This document shows, piece after piece, positions 12,829-24,288 of a DNA stretch of 64,000 nucleotides (position 1 is the stretch's first letter; each line of letters opens with the position of its first letter). Source of the DNA: Trueperaceae bacterium (GTDB lineage Bacteria; Deinococcota; Deinococci; Deinococcales; Trueperaceae); assembly GCA_965214405.1 (NCBI GenBank), contig OZ243956.1, positions 2,016,001-2,080,000 of the forward strand, given 5' to 3'. A program made the position numbers and the translations under genes. The notes below the pieces were generated by a model that was given only the letters and a program-made list of their open reading frames with translations, had not been told where the DNA came from and did not search any database.

Positions 12829-15800
12829 TCAGGCCAGCGTAAAGAAAAAGGTCGCGCCCGCCCCCACCTCGCCCTCGGCCCAGACCTTGCCCCCGTGCCG
12901 GTGGATGATGCGCTGCACCGTCGCCAAGCCGATGCCTGTGCCCTCAAACTCCCCTTGCGAGTGGAGGCGCTGGAAGGCGGTAAAAAGCTTGTTCGCGTAC
13001 GCCATGTTAAAGCCCGCCCCGTTGTCCTGCACAAAGTATACCGGAATTTCGCCCGCTTGCACCCCAAAATGAACACGCGCGACAGCCTCGCACGAGGTGA
13101 ACTTCCAGGCGTTCTCGAGCAGGTTCTCCAACACCACGGTGAGGAGCCGCGCGTCGCCCTCGGCTGTCACGTTTTTCTGGATGTCGAAGCTCGCTTTGCG
13201 TTTGGGGTCGCGCTCCACGAGCCTTTGGGCAACTTCTTCAACGATGGCGCTCAAATCCACCGCCTGCCGCTTCATCTCGCTCCTCGAGAGGCGCGACAAG
13301 AGGAGCAGGTCGTCGATAAGTTCGCCCATGCGCTGCGCGCCCGCGCGCACGCGCCCCAGATAATGCCGCGCGGTCTCGTCCAGACCCTCGCTATAGTCTT
13401 CTAGCAGCGCCTGCGAAAAGCCGTCGATGCCGCGCAGCGGCGCGCGCAGGTCGTGACTCACCGAATAGGAAAAAGCTTCCAGCTCTTTGTTGGCGCTCTC
13501 CAGTTGCGCGGTACGCTGCGCGACGCGCTCCTCCAGGGCCTCGTTTAGCTCCTGCGCCTGCGCGTAAAGGAGCGCGTTCTCCACGGCGATGGCGGCGCGG
13601 CGGCCCAGCTCCTCGGCCAGCGCCAAGTCAACCTCGGTGTAGCGCCGCCCCCCTTCCGCCGACACGAACAGGAGGACGCCCAGGGTCTTATCGTGGACGT
13701 TGAGCGGCACGACCATCATCGAGCGAAAGCCCACCGCCCGGAGCAGGTCCAGGTGCGCGTCGTCGTGGGCGGCGGCTTTGAGGAGCGCGTCCGGGACCTC
13801 CGGGCGGAGCACCGCTTTACCCGTGCGCAGCACCTCGTAAAAGCCGCCGGGGGTATGGGGCGCGGGAGGGTAGCGGCGGTTGAGCTCGAGCGCCCAAGAG
13901 ACCTTGTCCGGGTCTTTGTGCGCTACCGCCAGGCGCTCGAGCCGCCCCTCGTCGTTCACCAGGTCCACCGTACACCAGTCGGCCACGCCCGGCACGGCGA
14001 GCTTCGCCACGTTGGCGAGCGTTTCTTCGTAGTCCAAAGACGAGGCCAAAAGCGTACTCGCCTCGGCCAAAAAGGTGAGGCGTTGGCCCGCCCTTTCGGC
14101 CTCGTCGCGGGCGGAGCGCTCGAGTTCCAACAACCTCAAGCGCTCCCTTTCGGCCTCCTTGCGCTTTGAGATGTCCTCGACCACCGAGATGCAGTATTCC
14201 GGCTCGCCCGCCGGGTCGCGCTGCAACGCGGCGGTGAGGTCTATCCAGACGATGTGCCCGTCGGAGTGGAAGTAGCGCTTCTCCATCGTGTAGGAGTCTA
14301 TTTCACCCTTCATAAGCTCTGCGAATCTCACCACATCGGCGTCTAAGTCGTCCGGGTGGGTAAGGTCTTGAAAGGTCATCTTTAGGAGTTCATCTTTGCT
14401 GTAGCCGGTAATTTTACAGAGCGTCTCATTCACGCGCAGCCACTCGCCGCCCATCCCGACGTGACCGATGCCCACCGCCGCATTTTCAAAGGTGCCCCGG
14501 AAGCGCGCCTCGGACTCGCGTAAGGCCGTCTCGGCCATTTTACGTTCGGTCACGTCGGTAAAAACCAGCGCGACCCTGCGATTCTCTCTGTTACCCACGG
14601 GGGCGGCGTAGACGTCAAAAGAGCGCCCCATCACCTCCGACTCACCTTCAAAACGTAGCGGCTCGCCGGTCGTGGCAACTTTGTTGTAGCGCTCGACCCA
14701 GTGTCGCTCGATGCCCGGCACGAGCTCGCGCACCGTTTTGCCCGCTGCGTCCGTCAGGCCCGTCTGCTTCTCGAACGCCGGGTTCGTCTCCAGAAAGCGG
14801 TAATCTTTCGGTTCGCCGTCCGCGCCGTAGATCATTTCTATAACGGAAAAACCCTCGTCGATGGTGTTAAAGAGCGTGCGGTAACGCTCTTCGGACTTTC
14901 GCAGCGCCTCCTCCGCGAGTTCGCGCTCGGTGGAGTCGCGCAGCACCTTGGCGAAACCGCGTAAATTCCCCGCGTCGTCGCGCAAGGCGGTCATCACGCC
15001 GTCGGCGAAAAAGCGCGCGCCGTCCTTTTTGAGGTGCCAGCGCTGGTCCTTGGCCTCGCCTGTGGCCTCGGCCTCGAGCAGCTCGCGCTCGGGCGCGCCC
15101 GCCGCACGGTCTTCGGGGGTAAAGATGAGGTCGGCCTTGGCGCCCAGCACCTCCTCTTGCGCGTAGCCTATGATCCGCTCCGCGCCGGGGTTCCACTCGA
15201 GCACCCGCCCCTCGGTATCGGTCATGATAATGGCGTACTCTTTGGCGCTCTCGACCAAGAGCCTGAGCCGCTCGGTCGCCTCTTGCAGCGCCTCCTCGGC
15301 GAGTTTGCGTTCAGAAATGTTCTCGTGCGCGACCACCACCCGCACCGGGCCGGGGCCGGAAAAGCGGCTCACGGTGAGCGCGAACCAGCGCTTCTGGGTG
15401 GGGGAGTGGCAGGGGTACTCGAGCCTGAAAGCGTCCCTTTCGCCCCCTATCACCGCCCGGATGCCCGCCGCCACGTCCAGACCTTCGTTCGAACTTACTA
15501 TGGTGTCCTGTGCAGTGTCTTGTGCAGTGTCCTGTGTGACATCTTCTGCAGGTTTTGTATCGGCGTCCGGTGACACCCCGCACACCGCCAGATAGTTCGT
15601 GCCCAGGTCGTCCGGGTTGCCGCCGTTCTCTTCCGCAAAACGCCGCCAGGCCGCGTTGGTGGCGATGATGGTGCCTTCTTCGTCCAACACCGCGATGTGC
15701 GCGCCCAGCGCGTCTAAGGTCGAGCGCAAAAAACGTTGCGACTCCGAAAGCGCCCCCTCGGCGCGTTTACGCTCGGTAATGTCCACCGCCGACGCGGTGA

Positions 15801-16731
15801 GGCGCGTGACGCGGCCCGCCTCGTCGGTCATGGGCGCGAGCATAAAGTCCAGGGTCGCTTCTCGGCCCTCGCCCACCCACACCCGCGCGTCAAAACGCAG
15901 CGTCTCGCCCGAGGCGGCCCTCTGGAGCGCCCGGCGCAGCCTCGCCTGCGCCGCCGGGTCGTGCCGCCACCAAGGCGTCTCAGCGAAAGGCTCGCCCAGA
16001 ACCTCGTCCAGCGTGACGTCCGAGGCGGAGAGCGCGGTGTGGTTCACGTAGCGCAGCCTGCCCTCCGGGCTCAGCACCGCCACAAAGGTGAGGAGGTGGT
16101 CGAGCACGTCTTGCAGCCGCTCTTCAGAGGCGCGCACCTCCTTTTCCGCCCGCCGCCGCTCGCCGACCTCGTGCTCCAGACTCTCGTTGGAGGTATTAAG
16201 CTCCCGCGTGCGCTCCTTGACGCGCGCCTCGAGCCCATCACGCGCGCGGCGCAGCTCCTCCAAGGCTTCTACGCGTTCTGTAACGTCGTTCTGGACGCCC
16301 AAGAAGAGCACGGGCTTTCCCTCGTCGTCGTGTACGGGCGAAAGGTAAAGCTCGTTATAAAACAGCGAGCCGTCCTTGCGGTAGTTGCGCAGCTCCACCT
16401 GCACCGCGTGACCCTTTTCGACCGCCTCGCGGAGTTTTGCAACCGCGGGCTGGTCGCGGTCTTCGCCTTGCAAAAAGCGGCAGTTGCGCCCCATCACCTC
16501 CTCCGGGGCGTAGCCCGTGAGCTTTTCGAAGCCGCGGTTGATGTAGATGATGGGGTTGTCCGGCGTGTTCGGGTCGGTGACGACCAACGTATTGTCAAAG
16601 GCGTCAAGGAGGGACTCGAGCAGCCTCACCCGGTCCGACGAACCGTAGAGCGCGGCCAAGTGGGCCTCGAGGGCGCGGACGCGGCTGGACGCGCCCGACG
16701 GACGCAAGACTTCGGTAGAGCCGTCGCTCAT
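12829..16731 (-). CDS. LOV/multi-PAS/GAF sensor histidine kinase
   Basis: [12 protein letters not shown] signature, several PAS/PAC repeats, [14 protein letters not shown]-box, NAWKF, GTGIGLA. ATG 16731 preferred to the ORF-track start at 16803. Confidence 0.92.
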   Translation of the reverse strand: MSDGSTEVLRPSGASSRVRALEAHLAALYGSSDRVRLLESLLDAFDNTLVVTDPNTPDNPIIYINRGFEKLTGYAPEEVMGRNCRFLQGEDRDQPAVAKLREAVEKGHAVQVELRNYRKDGSLFYNELYLSPVHDDEGKPVLFLGVQNDVTERVEALEELRRARDGLEARVKERTRELNTSNESLEHEVGERRRAEKEVRASEERLQDVLDHLLTFVAVLSPEGRLRYVNHTALSASDVTLDEVLGEPFAETPWWRHDPAAQARLRRALQRAASGETLRFDARVWVGEGREATLDFMLAPMTDEAGRVTRLTASAVDITERKRAEGALSESQRFLRSTLDALGAHIAVLDEEGTIIATNAAWRRFAEENGGNPDDLGTNYLAVCGVSPDADTKPAEDVTQDTAQDTAQDTIVSSNEGLDVAAGIRAVIGGERDAFRLEYPCHSPTQKRWFALTVSRFSGPGPVRVVVAHENISERKLAEEALQEATERLRLLVESAKEYAIIMTDTEGRVLEWNPGAERIIGYAQEEVLGAKADLIFTPEDRAAGAPERELLEAEATGEAKDQRWHLKKDGARFFADGVMTALRDDAGNLRGFAKVLRDSTERELAEEALRKSEERYRTLFNTIDEGFSVIEMIYGADGEPKDYRFLETNPAFEKQTGLTDAAGKTVRELVPGIERHWVERYNKVATTGEPLRFEGESEVMGRSFDVYAAPVGNRENRRVALVFTDVTERKMAETALRESEARFRGTFENAAVGIGHVGMGGEWLRVNETLCKITGYSKDELLKMTFQDLTHPDDLDADVVRFAELMKGEIDSYTMEKRYFHSDGHIVWIDLTAALQRDPAGEPEYCISVVEDISKRKEAERERLRLLELERSARDEAERAGQRLTFLAEASTLLASSLDYEETLANVAKLAVPGVADWCTVDLVNDEGRLERLAVAHKDPDKVSWALELNRRYPPAPHTPGGFYEVLRTGKAVLRPEVPDALLKAAAHDDAHLDLLRAVGFRSMMVVPLNVHDKTLGVLLFVSAEGGRRYTEVDLALAEELGRRAAIAVENALLYAQAQELNEALEERVAQRTAQLESANKELEAFSYSVSHDLRAPLRGIDGFSQALLEDYSEGLDETARHYLGRVRAGAQRMGELIDDLLLLSRLSRSEMKRQAVDLSAIVEEVAQRLVERDPKRKASFDIQKNVTAEGDARLLTVVLENLLENAWKFTSCEAVARVHFGVQAGEIPVYFVQDNGAGFNMAYANKLFTAFQRLHSQGEFEGTGIGLATVQRIIHRHGGKVWAEGEVGAGATFFFTLA

Positions 16732-17202
16732 CTCGCCAACTCCCGCCACGTCTCCGGAACGACCACGGGGGATGCCGACGGTGCGCCAGCATCCCCTGCA
16801 CACACCAAAACGAGAGAAAAAAGGAGCATGTTCATGCCCCCCACCCTACTCGATTCCGCCGTCAGGATAGGAAGAGAAGCCTACGGAGTCCACAAAAAGA
16901 CCGAAAAGCCACAAAATGTTCGAAAGTTCACAGCAGATTTGGGGGCCGATTTGGGTGCCCGTGCGGGTGAGACGCAAAAGCGGGTGAAAACTCTCCCGAC
17001 CACCAATAAATCTATAAACAAAAAAGAGCCGCTAACTTTTACCCCCCGTTAGCGACTCTCCTCTGCTGCCCTCTTCGCTGCTCCTGAAGTAGGATAAAAC
17101 AAAGCCTCCTCGCCGGTAAGAGCTGGCTGTACCAGGTAGTTGAGTACAAACGTCATCTTAGCGTTCACCTGTTTACTATCCGCCTGTTCAGCGTTGACCC
17201 GG

Positions 17203-17799
17203 CTAAGTGATGGCAGGCGGAGATGCCGGAGAGGGCTCGAGAAAACGCAGCGCCAGTTGCGACCAACCCTCGAGCTTGACCCTCTCCTCAGCCACCTCGG
17301 CCCAGGGGACAAAGCCGCCGGAGAGCTTGTGCGTTTCCCGAACCTCTATGTCGCCAGGGGCGCGCACGCGGTACAGGACGCCAGTATGAACCCTGTCAAC
17401 TAATGTTTCGGCGGTGTGAATCAGCCCCACCGCCTCGGCAAAAAAAGCGCGGATATGGAGTTCTTCGCGCAGCTCCCTCGTCAGCGCGCCCTCGAGCACG
17501 TCGCGCGCGTTCACGTGATCAAGCGGGTTGATGTGGCCGCCGATCCCGATGGAGAGCCGTTCGTGGAGCCGCGCCTCGGTGCCCGCCTTGAGGCGTTTGA
17601 CTAAAAACACGCTGCCAGCGCGCTCGAGCACCGCGTAGGGGATAATCTGCCGCCAGCGCGGGTCCTCCTCGACGTCCGCACGGGGCAAAAACTGCCCTTC
17701 TGTAGCGAGGCGTCTGTAAAGCTCCTGTGAAAGCGGCAAGACGTCACGCTGCGGCTCCGGCAGGGCGTCGGCGGGAAGGCAGTAGACATGCTCAGGCAC
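17203..17799 (-). CDS. NUDIX family phosphoesterase
   Basis: QIIPY, SIGIGGHIN, RELREEL Nudix box, LEGWS. Confidence 0.85.
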   Translation of the reverse strand: MPEHVYCLPADALPEPQRDVLPLSQELYRRLATEGQFLPRADVEEDPRWRQIIPYAVLERAGSVFLVKRLKAGTEARLHERLSIGIGGHINPLDHVNARDVLEGALTRELREELHIRAFFAEAVGLIHTAETLVDRVHTGVLYRVRAPGDIEVRETHKLSGGFVPWAEVAEERVKLEGWSQLALRFLEPSPASPPAIT

Positions 17800-17821
17800 A
17801 CGCTACGGTAGCATATAGCCT

Positions 17822-18556
17822 TTACTGCTCTTGCCCGTACAAAAGAAAACGCGCCGACACGGTCACGGTCACCGCCAACTGCCCGCCCGACACGGGAGCC
17901 TCGCCCATTGAGTCCGCCGTCGCCATTACGCCGCGGTTATAAAAGGGTTCGCCACCAGACCCGCTCTCGCTGATGCTCACCGCGGGACCCAAGGTTGCGC
18001 CTGCGAGCGAGGCGAGTTGCTGCGCTTTACTCTGCGCGTCCGTAAAGGCGAGTTCGCGCGCTTGGCGCTCGAGCGTGTCTGCATCAGAAAAGGTGTACTG
18101 GACGCCGTTGACCACGTTCGCCCCCGCGTCAACCGCGCTGCTCAACACCTCACCCGCCCGTCCAACCTCGCGCACCGTGACCTGCACGACGTTCGTCACG
18201 TGATAAAAGGGCGTGGCGGGTTCGCTACGCGGGCTCGAGTCGTACGCGTAGAGCTGTTCGCGCCAGATATTAAAGGTGAGCGTCCTGATATCCTTTGCGT
18301 CTACGCCCGCGGCAAGTAGCGCGTCCCTAACGCGCGTCATCGTCTCGTTTGCCTCGCTACTCGCCGCGTTCAAGTCTTCGTTGGTGACGTCGACGCCAAG
18401 CTCGAGCAGCGCCACATCCGGCTCGCCGTAGACGGTGCCGCTGCCGGAGACGGAGATGCGAAAATCGCCCGTATTCTGCGCTGTGTTTTGCGCTGTGGCG
18501 GCTCCCAACATCAACAATGTAAGGGTGAAAAGGCTTAGCCATTTGTACATTTTCAT
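17822..18556 (-). CDS. SIMPL/DUF541 family exported protein
   Basis: Signal peptide; ISVSGSGTVYGEPD, AGAN, DAQSKAQQLA motifs. Confidence 0.87.
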   Translation of the reverse strand: MKMYKWLSLFTLTLLMLGAATAQNTAQNTGDFRISVSGSGTVYGEPDVALLELGVDVTNEDLNAASSEANETMTRVRDALLAAGVDAKDIRTLTFNIWREQLYAYDSSPRSEPATPFYHVTNVVQVTVREVGRAGEVLSSAVDAGANVVNGVQYTFSDADTLERQARELAFTDAQSKAQQLASLAGATLGPAVSISESGSGGEPFYNRGVMATADSMGEAPVSGGQLAVTVTVSARFLLYGQEQ

Positions 18557-18666
18557 TTTGCTTCCTTTCTCAACTTCTTTATGGTGACGCGGCTCGAGCC
18601 TAGCGTCCTGGAATCCAGAATGGGTGAGAAGGGAGGAAAGCCGCGTTCATTCTGACGAACCCAAAC

Positions 18667-18690
18667 AAAAAAGCAGCCCGAAGGCTGCCT
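18667..18690 (-). terminator. Intrinsic terminator after the VWA gene
   Basis: GCAGCC-CGAA-GGCTGC stem with an A-tract on the + strand (U-tract on the minus transcript). Confidence 0.6.
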
Positions 18691-18701
18691 CACATCACTT
18701 G

Positions 18702-18725
18702 AACAAGGGGTTGCAACCCCTTGTT
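18702..18725. repeat. Perfect 24-bp palindrome (REP-like)
   Basis: AACAAGGGGTTGCAACCCCTTGTT. Confidence 0.6.
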
Positions 18726-18760
18726 TGTTTATGGCGCATCAGGGAGCTACTATCCGACGC

Positions 18761-20014
18761 TTAGTTAACCATCTTCGTGCGCCGCGACTGAAAGTCCATC
18801 AGCACGTAGCGCCCGATGGTGTGGGGCGTGGTGAAGTAGGCCTTGCCTTGCGTCATCGCCGACACGCGCTGCACAAAGGCCATGAGTTCGGGGTCGCGCG
18901 CCAGCATAAAGGTGTTGACCTGGATGCCCGCGCGGCGACAAGAGCCGACCTCGCGCAGCGTCTCGCCCAACACCACGGGGTCTAAACCGTAAGCGTTCTT
19001 GTAGACGCGCCCGTTGGGCAGGGTGATGGCCGAGGGCTTGCCGTCGGTAATCATCACGATTTGCTTCATGTCCTTGTTCTGCCGCTTGAGAAGCTTTTGG
19101 GCCAGCCGCAAGCCCTCGGCGGTGTTGGTGTGGTACGGCCCCACCTGCGCCTGCGCGAGCTTTTCCAGAGGAATTTCCTCAGCGGAATTGTGGAAGAGCA
19201 CGAACTTGATGGTGTCGCCGCGGTACTGGGTGCGGATAAGGTGCGCCAGCGCCAGCGCGACTTGCTTGGCGGGGGTGAAGCGGTCCTCGCCGTAAAGAAT
19301 CATCGAGTGCGAGCAGTCGAGCATGACCACCGTCGCCGCCGACGAATTGTACTCGGTCTGCATCACTTCCAGGTCGCCATAGTCGAGCGAGAGCTTACCG
19401 TCATCAAACCCGTGACCCGCCGCGTTCTTAAACGTTTCGGACACGTTGAGATTCATCGTGTCGCCAAACTCATAAGGCTTGGACTCGGCGCTGGCTTCGA
19501 CGCCCGTCGTCTGAAACTTGGTGTCGTGCGCGCCGATGCTCGACTTGCCCGCGCCGCCCAGCACATCTCGAAGCGTGCGGTATCCCAAAAAGTCAATCGC
19601 CTTGTTGGTGAGTTCGAATTTGGCCTTGCCGGGGTCCTGGTCGGGACCCATGCCGCCGCCCTGACCCGGCTGGTTGGGGTCGTTGCCCTCCTCGCCGCCC
19701 TGGGGCTTGAGGTAACCTTCTTGCTCGAGCCGCTGCGCCAACTCCTTGACCGTCTCGCCAAGTTCAGACTGCATCCAATCCTCGGCATTCATCGCGTTTT
19801 CGATCATCTCTTCGGAGACGAGTTCGTTGTTAATCAAGGCCTCGGCGATGGCGTCGTAGAGGTCTTGCATCGTCTGCTGATAGTTAGGGTCGGGGTCGTA
19901 GGGGTTACGCCCGAAGCCCGACTCTAAAATGCGGTCCTGAATCATCTTCATCAGTTCCGACATGTCCAAATCGTCTAGGGTGGATTCATATTTAGAATAG
20001 CGGGTGGTAGGCAT
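18761..20014 (-). CDS. VWA domain protein, partner of the upstream AAA+ ATPase
   Basis: MIDAS motif DCSHSM, HTNT, ITDG. Start MPTTRY at 20014. Confidence 0.87.
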   Translation of the reverse strand: MPTTRYSKYESTLDDLDMSELMKMIQDRILESGFGRNPYDPDPNYQQTMQDLYDAIAEALINNELVSEEMIENAMNAEDWMQSELGETVKELAQRLEQEGYLKPQGGEEGNDPNQPGQGGGMGPDQDPGKAKFELTNKAIDFLGYRTLRDVLGGAGKSSIGAHDTKFQTTGVEASAESKPYEFGDTMNLNVSETFKNAAGHGFDDGKLSLDYGDLEVMQTEYNSSAATVVMLDCSHSMILYGEDRFTPAKQVALALAHLIRTQYRGDTIKFVLFHNSAEEIPLEKLAQAQVGPYHTNTAEGLRLAQKLLKRQNKDMKQIVMITDGKPSAITLPNGRVYKNAYGLDPVVLGETLREVGSCRRAGIQVNTFMLARDPELMAFVQRVSAMTQGKAYFTTPHTIGRYVLMDFQSRRTKMVN

Positions 20015-20141
20015 GGGCCTCCTAAAAAAGCTTTGAAAAGAGGCTAAAGTCGGAGGTCGCACATTTTGCATCCAACCTTTGACTTCGGATATGTGGCGGG
20101 GCGGGTATCATCCCTCTATAACGGGATGATACCCCCAGCCC

Positions 20142-21575
20142 TTAGTTCCAGCGTCTCCGGGTCACCTGATTCATGTCGGGCTCGGCGGCGGTATAACCGC
20201 GCTCCTCGCTGCGCGCGACCTGCTTGCGGGCGTAGAGGCCCTCCAACACAAACTCGGCGGCGGCGGCCAAGTCGTCGGCACCGCGGCCCTCGGCGAGCGC
20301 TTGCGCTGCGCCGCGCAAACCCGGAACCTTGAACAGGACCTCGGGAAGCTGTTCAGTCTTGAGCGTGTCGGGGACTTTGAGCGAGTTATCGTTCTCGAAA
20401 TAGTCCACCACGTCGCCCGTGTTGAGGTTGACGCCGCGACGCCCGAACACCTGGCCGATGGCGCGGCGCACGATGTCCTTGGCGACCGACTCGCCGCCCT
20501 TGAGTTCGCCTTCGTACTCGAGTTCCAACTTACCCGTGACCGCCGAAAGCCCCGCATAGAGGTCGGTCACGCGCACGATTGGGGTGCTTTCGCCCAAACT
20601 GTAGGCGCGCTGCTCGGCGTTGGAGACGACGTTTTCCATCAAAGAGATGGGCAAACGCTGCGAGACGCCGGAGTGCTTGTCTACGCGTGAATCGTCACGC
20701 GCCTGAAACGCCACTTCCTCGACGATTTCGGCCACATAAGAGGGGATTTTCACTTCGCCCTCGCGCTCCGCCCAGGCCTCTTGTTGGGTGATCGCCATGC
20801 CCTCTTCGACCGTCGTGGGGTAGTGCGTGCGGATTTCGGAACCGACGCGGTCTTTTAGAGGTGTGATGATTTTGCCGCGCGCTGTGTAGTCTTCGGGGTT
20901 GGCCGAGAACACGAGCATCACGTCAAGCTCGAGCCTGATGGGGTAGCCCTTAATCTGCACGTCGCCCTCTTGCATGATGTTAAACAGCGCGACTTGCACC
21001 TTGCCCGAGAGGTCGGGAAGCTCGTTCATCGAAAAGATGCCGCGGTTGGCTCTAGGCAGGAGGCCGTAGTGGACGCTTCTGGGGTCGCCCAACTGCGTGC
21101 CCAAGCGCGCCGCCTTGATGGGATCGATGTCGCCGATGATGTCGGCCACCGTCACGTCGGGCGTGGCGAGTTTTTCGACGTAGCGTGCCTCTCTGGGGAG
21201 CCAGTCAATCGGCGTGGCGTCGCCCTCCTCGGCCACCCGCTGCACCGCGTCGGCGCTCACGGGGTTGAAGGGGTCGTCGTTGAGTTCGCTGCCCGCGACG
21301 ATGGGAATTTCGTCATCCAATAATTCGGTCAGTTGACGTAAAATGCGCGTTTTGGCCTGACCCCGCAGGCCCAGCAAAATAAAATTATGGCGGCTCAGCA
21401 CCGCGTTGACGATTTGCGGCGTGACGCTTCCCTCGTAACCGACGATGCCCGGAAAGATAGGGCGGTTTTCCTTGAGACGGCAGATGAGGTTGTCGCGGAG
21501 TTCTTGCTTAACGGTGCGTCCCGCTTTGTTGGCCCAGGCGGTGGCGCGTAAATCACCCAGTGTCGTAGCTTTCAT
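20142..21575 (-). CDS. AAA+ ATPase, Mg-chelatase/MoxR-like
   Basis: GLRGQAKT Walker [24 protein letters not shown]. Confidence 0.87.
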   Translation of the reverse strand: MKATTLGDLRATAWANKAGRTVKQELRDNLICRLKENRPIFPGIVGYEGSVTPQIVNAVLSRHNFILLGLRGQAKTRILRQLTELLDDEIPIVAGSELNDDPFNPVSADAVQRVAEEGDATPIDWLPREARYVEKLATPDVTVADIIGDIDPIKAARLGTQLGDPRSVHYGLLPRANRGIFSMNELPDLSGKVQVALFNIMQEGDVQIKGYPIRLELDVMLVFSANPEDYTARGKIITPLKDRVGSEIRTHYPTTVEEGMAITQQEAWAEREGEVKIPSYVAEIVEEVAFQARDDSRVDKHSGVSQRLPISLMENVVSNAEQRAYSLGESTPIVRVTDLYAGLSAVTGKLELEYEGELKGGESVAKDIVRRAIGQVFGRRGVNLNTGDVVDYFENDNSLKVPDTLKTEQLPEVLFKVPGLRGAAQALAEGRGADDLAAAAEFVLEGLYARKQVARSEERGYTAAEPDMNQVTRRRWN

Positions 21576-21728
21576 CCTTCTCCTTTGTGGCGTGTTTGGT
21601 GAGAGGCGAGGGTAACGTGAACGTGTATAGTTATGCTAGCACCAAAGGTAGCGGGGTTTATGTGTTTGGGCGCTGCATTCCTGCCGCATTCTTAACGCGC
21701 CGTTCAGCTTTCCATGTTCAGCGCGGTG

Positions 21729-22264
21729 TTACAAAAGCTGTTTTGGATACTGCCAGAGAATGAGTAAGCCTTCTTCGTCCTGACGTTCACCCGTGCGCTC
21801 GAATCCTACCTTCTCGAGCACCCGCAGGGACCCAAGATTATCAGACATTCCGCCACAACGTGTTCCACTCGAGGTTGCTTAGAGGCCCAAAGAATGAGCG
21901 CTTTCACCCCTTCCGTCGCGCAGCCGCGCCCCTCATAAGAGGCGTTAATCCCGTACCCGATTTCGACGCGACCCTTCTCGTCGGGCGGTTCCTTGAATCC
22001 CATCTGGCCCACCGCCACGCCCGTGGCGCGCTCGAGCACCATCACGCTCCAGTCGTCCGTTTCGGGATTCGCCTCGAGCGCGGCAACCGTTCGGGGAAAA
22101 AGAACGAGGGCGTCACCGGGCCATTCGGGAGGGAAGGTGACTTGTACACTTTTACCCTCTATGCTTAGAACATCGGTGAAGCTCTCCTGCTCGAGCCGCC
22201 TTTTCAGAACCCGCAGCGGGGTTTGAACGAGGGTGAGGCGTGGTGTCTGTAACGTTTTTGTCAT
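21729..22264 (-). pseudogene. RimJ-like GNAT acetyltransferase with a frameshift near 21843
   Basis: The ORF reads ...VEIGYGI...VVAECL then leaves frame; the expected tail DNLGSLRVLEKVGFERTG...* continues in another frame to TAA at 21729. Confidence 0.75.
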
Positions 22265-22286
22265 AAAAAGCCAGTGTACCCTCGCA

Positions 22287-22412
22287 CGCGCGCTCCGTTG
22301 CCAAGTTGACGCCCGCGTTTGAGACGCCCTCGAGCTTTCCCAGCGTCCGCTCGACGCGCACGGAGCGGTTCGCGCAGGTCATGCCCCCGACGCTGGTTTG
22401 TATGTGCTTCAA
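22287..22412 (-). pseudogene. N-terminal HMA-domain remnant of a heavy-metal P1B ATPase (copA-like)
   Basis: KHIQTSVGGMTCANRSVRVERTLGKLEGVSNAGVNLATERA; CxxC degraded to CANR; similarity stops after about 42 codons. Confidence 0.75.
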
Positions 22413-22446
22413 GTTCAAACTCCGTTCTGGAGGTATCATCTTCTTG

Positions 22447-22619
22447 TACCCCACCCCTGGTGGGACCAATGGTTAAAGCACAACAAGTCTCTCAAGTTGC
22501 GTCAAGCAGATTAGATGCCGTGTTTAATGACTCAGCTTCAACCCACATATGTTCATAATAACTTGACGCAAAAGGCACTGCGCTCTATTGTGGTGCTTGC
22601 CCACCCCACCTGGGGTGCA
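22447..22619. promoter_or_regulatory. Two putative CsoR operators and the copZ promoter
   Basis: C-tract/G-tract pseudo-palindromes TACCCCACCCCTGGTGGGAC (22447) and TGCCCACCCCACCTGGGGTGCA (22598); TTGACG-17-TATTGT promoter at 22563-22591. Confidence 0.65.
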
Positions 22620-22644
22620 AAACCCACAAAGGATGGAGACCATT

Positions 22645-22869
22645 ATGGCCGAACGCAAAATAGAACTCAACGTTGAGGGGATGACCTGTGACCACTGCCA
22701 GAGCGCGGTCAAGGGGGCGCTCGAGAAGGTGCCGGGCGTCCGTAACGCGACGGTGGATTTGGAAAAGGGGCACGCTTTCGTCGAGGGCTCGGCGGACGTG
22801 CAAGTTCTCATTAGCGCCGTCGAGGACGAAGGCTACCGCGCCACGCTCGACACGCAGCGCGCGCTTTAG
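22645..22869 (+). CDS. copZ: Copper chaperone CopZ (HMA domain)
   Basis: GMTCDHC motif, C-terminal EDEGY; SD GGAG before ATG 22645. Confidence 0.9.
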   Translation: MAERKIELNVEGMTCDHCQSAVKGALEKVPGVRNATVDLEKGHAFVEGSADVQVLISAVEDEGYRATLDTQRAL

Positions 22870-22881
22870 ATAACGGGTCTA

Positions 22882-23202
22882 GTGGACGCCGCACCAGCCG
22901 CCACATCACTATCCACAACATGCTTGCACCTAGACCCCGACACGCGCCGCGACGCCATTTTGAGACTCAAGAGCGCCAAGGGACACTTGGAGGGCGTGTT
23001 GCGGATGCTCGAGGACGAGAGCGTCTACTGCGTGGACGTGCTCAAGCAAGTCAAGGCGGTGCAGGGCGCGCTGAGCAAAGTGGGCGATAAGGTCTTAAAA
23101 GCGCACATCCGCGACCACGTCGCTACCGCGGCGGGGCGCGGCGATACGGACAAGATAGTGGATGAACTGATGGAAGCATTGAAGTACCAGGCTCGAGTCT
23201 AA
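22882..23202 (+). CDS. csoR: Copper-sensing repressor CsoR
   Basis: RLKSAKGHLEG, YCVDVLKQ, HIRDHV. Confidence 0.88.
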   Translation: MDAAPAATSLSTTCLHLDPDTRRDAILRLKSAKGHLEGVLRMLEDESVYCVDVLKQVKAVQGALSKVGDKVLKAHIRDHVATAAGRGDTDKIVDELMEALKYQARV

Positions 23203-23247
23203 ACTCGAGCCTGCTCGTTTTTTAGGCTCTTCTCTACACCAGACGCT

Positions 23248-24096
23248 TTACGCCAAACCGTGCGCCGCCGCGCCCTCTTTCAAAAACTTTAGCCCCTCCC
23301 CCGCCAGCACCGCCGACGACTGGTTGGGAGGCCGCCACAAGCAGGTGGCCGCGGCCAAGTCGGGGTTGATGGCGGCAAAGGACTCCAATACTAAGCTTCC
23401 CCCAAACCCCGCATCTTTGAGCCCGCGCCAAACCTCATCCCACTTCACCGTGCCGCTGCCGACGAGCCCGCGGTGGCTCTCGCTCATGTGAACGTAGTCG
23501 AGCACGTCCGCCGTCTCTATAAAAGGGGTGTAAAAGCCCTCCTCCTCGATATTCATGTGATAGGTGTCGGCGTGGAGCTTGAGGTTGTCTGCGCCCACAG
23601 CCAGAATAGTGTCGCGGGTGTCGGCGAGCGTGTTGTAGAGGTAGGTCTCGTAACGGTTGCAGGCCTCGAGCGCCAGCGTAATCCCGCGCGCACGGGCGTC
23701 CTCCGCGACCTCGCCCAACACCCCAACCACCGTGTCCCGCTCCTCTTCAGTGGGCGGATATCCTGTGAGCGTCCCCAAAGAATAAGCGAGGCAGCCGCCC
23801 AAATAGGTGCTGCCCAGGGCCTCGACCTGCTCGAGCGCCCCCGTCAAAAACGCCTTGGCCTTTTCGGGATGCGCGGGCATGTGTACGTCTTTAGGCAGGA
23901 CGAGCGAACAAGTCGCGCCGATACCCACGTTTTGAAGCGCCTCGCGGTGCGCTTTCGCGTCGAAGCTTTTCGGTTTCAGGAGAGGGATTTCGATAAAGTC
24001 AAAGCCCGTCTCCCCCGCCTGCTCTATCGCGTGGTTTCCCGACGAGAGCGTCCAGTCACCAATCCAGACAAATGCGTGTGCGCCGTACCGTATCAA
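23248..24096 (-). CDS. Sugar phosphate isomerase / ketose 3-epimerase family
   Basis: EACNRYE, DTYHMNIEE, HMSESHRG, ESF. Confidence 0.87.
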   Translation of the reverse strand: MIRYGAHAFVWIGDWTLSSGNHAIEQAGETGFDFIEIPLLKPKSFDAKAHREALQNVGIGATCSLVLPKDVHMPAHPEKAKAFLTGALEQVEALGSTYLGGCLAYSLGTLTGYPPTEEERDTVVGVLGEVAEDARARGITLALEACNRYETYLYNTLADTRDTILAVGADNLKLHADTYHMNIEEEGFYTPFIETADVLDYVHMSESHRGLVGSGTVKWDEVWRGLKDAGFGGSLVLESFAAINPDLAAATCLWRPPNQSSAVLAGEGLKFLKEGAAAHGLA

Positions 24097-24229
24097 AGGA
24101 GCCTCCTACACTCTTCTTAGTTTTCCTTACGCGTGCTGCTCGAGCTTAGAACGGCGACAAATCTCTGTCAAGAAGCCCCACCAAGAAGTCCCTGTGTTAC
24201 AAACGGTTTATGCTGACAGTAGGAGGAAC

Positions 24230-24287
24230 AGTGGTGAGTGGCTAGTGGTTAGAAAAACTGACCCCTCGTCACTCACTACTCACCACT
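24230..24287. repeat. Heptamer-repeat hairpin element, copy A
   Basis: AGTGGTG-AGTGGCT-AGTGGTT-AGAAAAACTGACC...CTACTCACCACT. Confidence 0.75.
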
Positions 24288-24288
24288 T

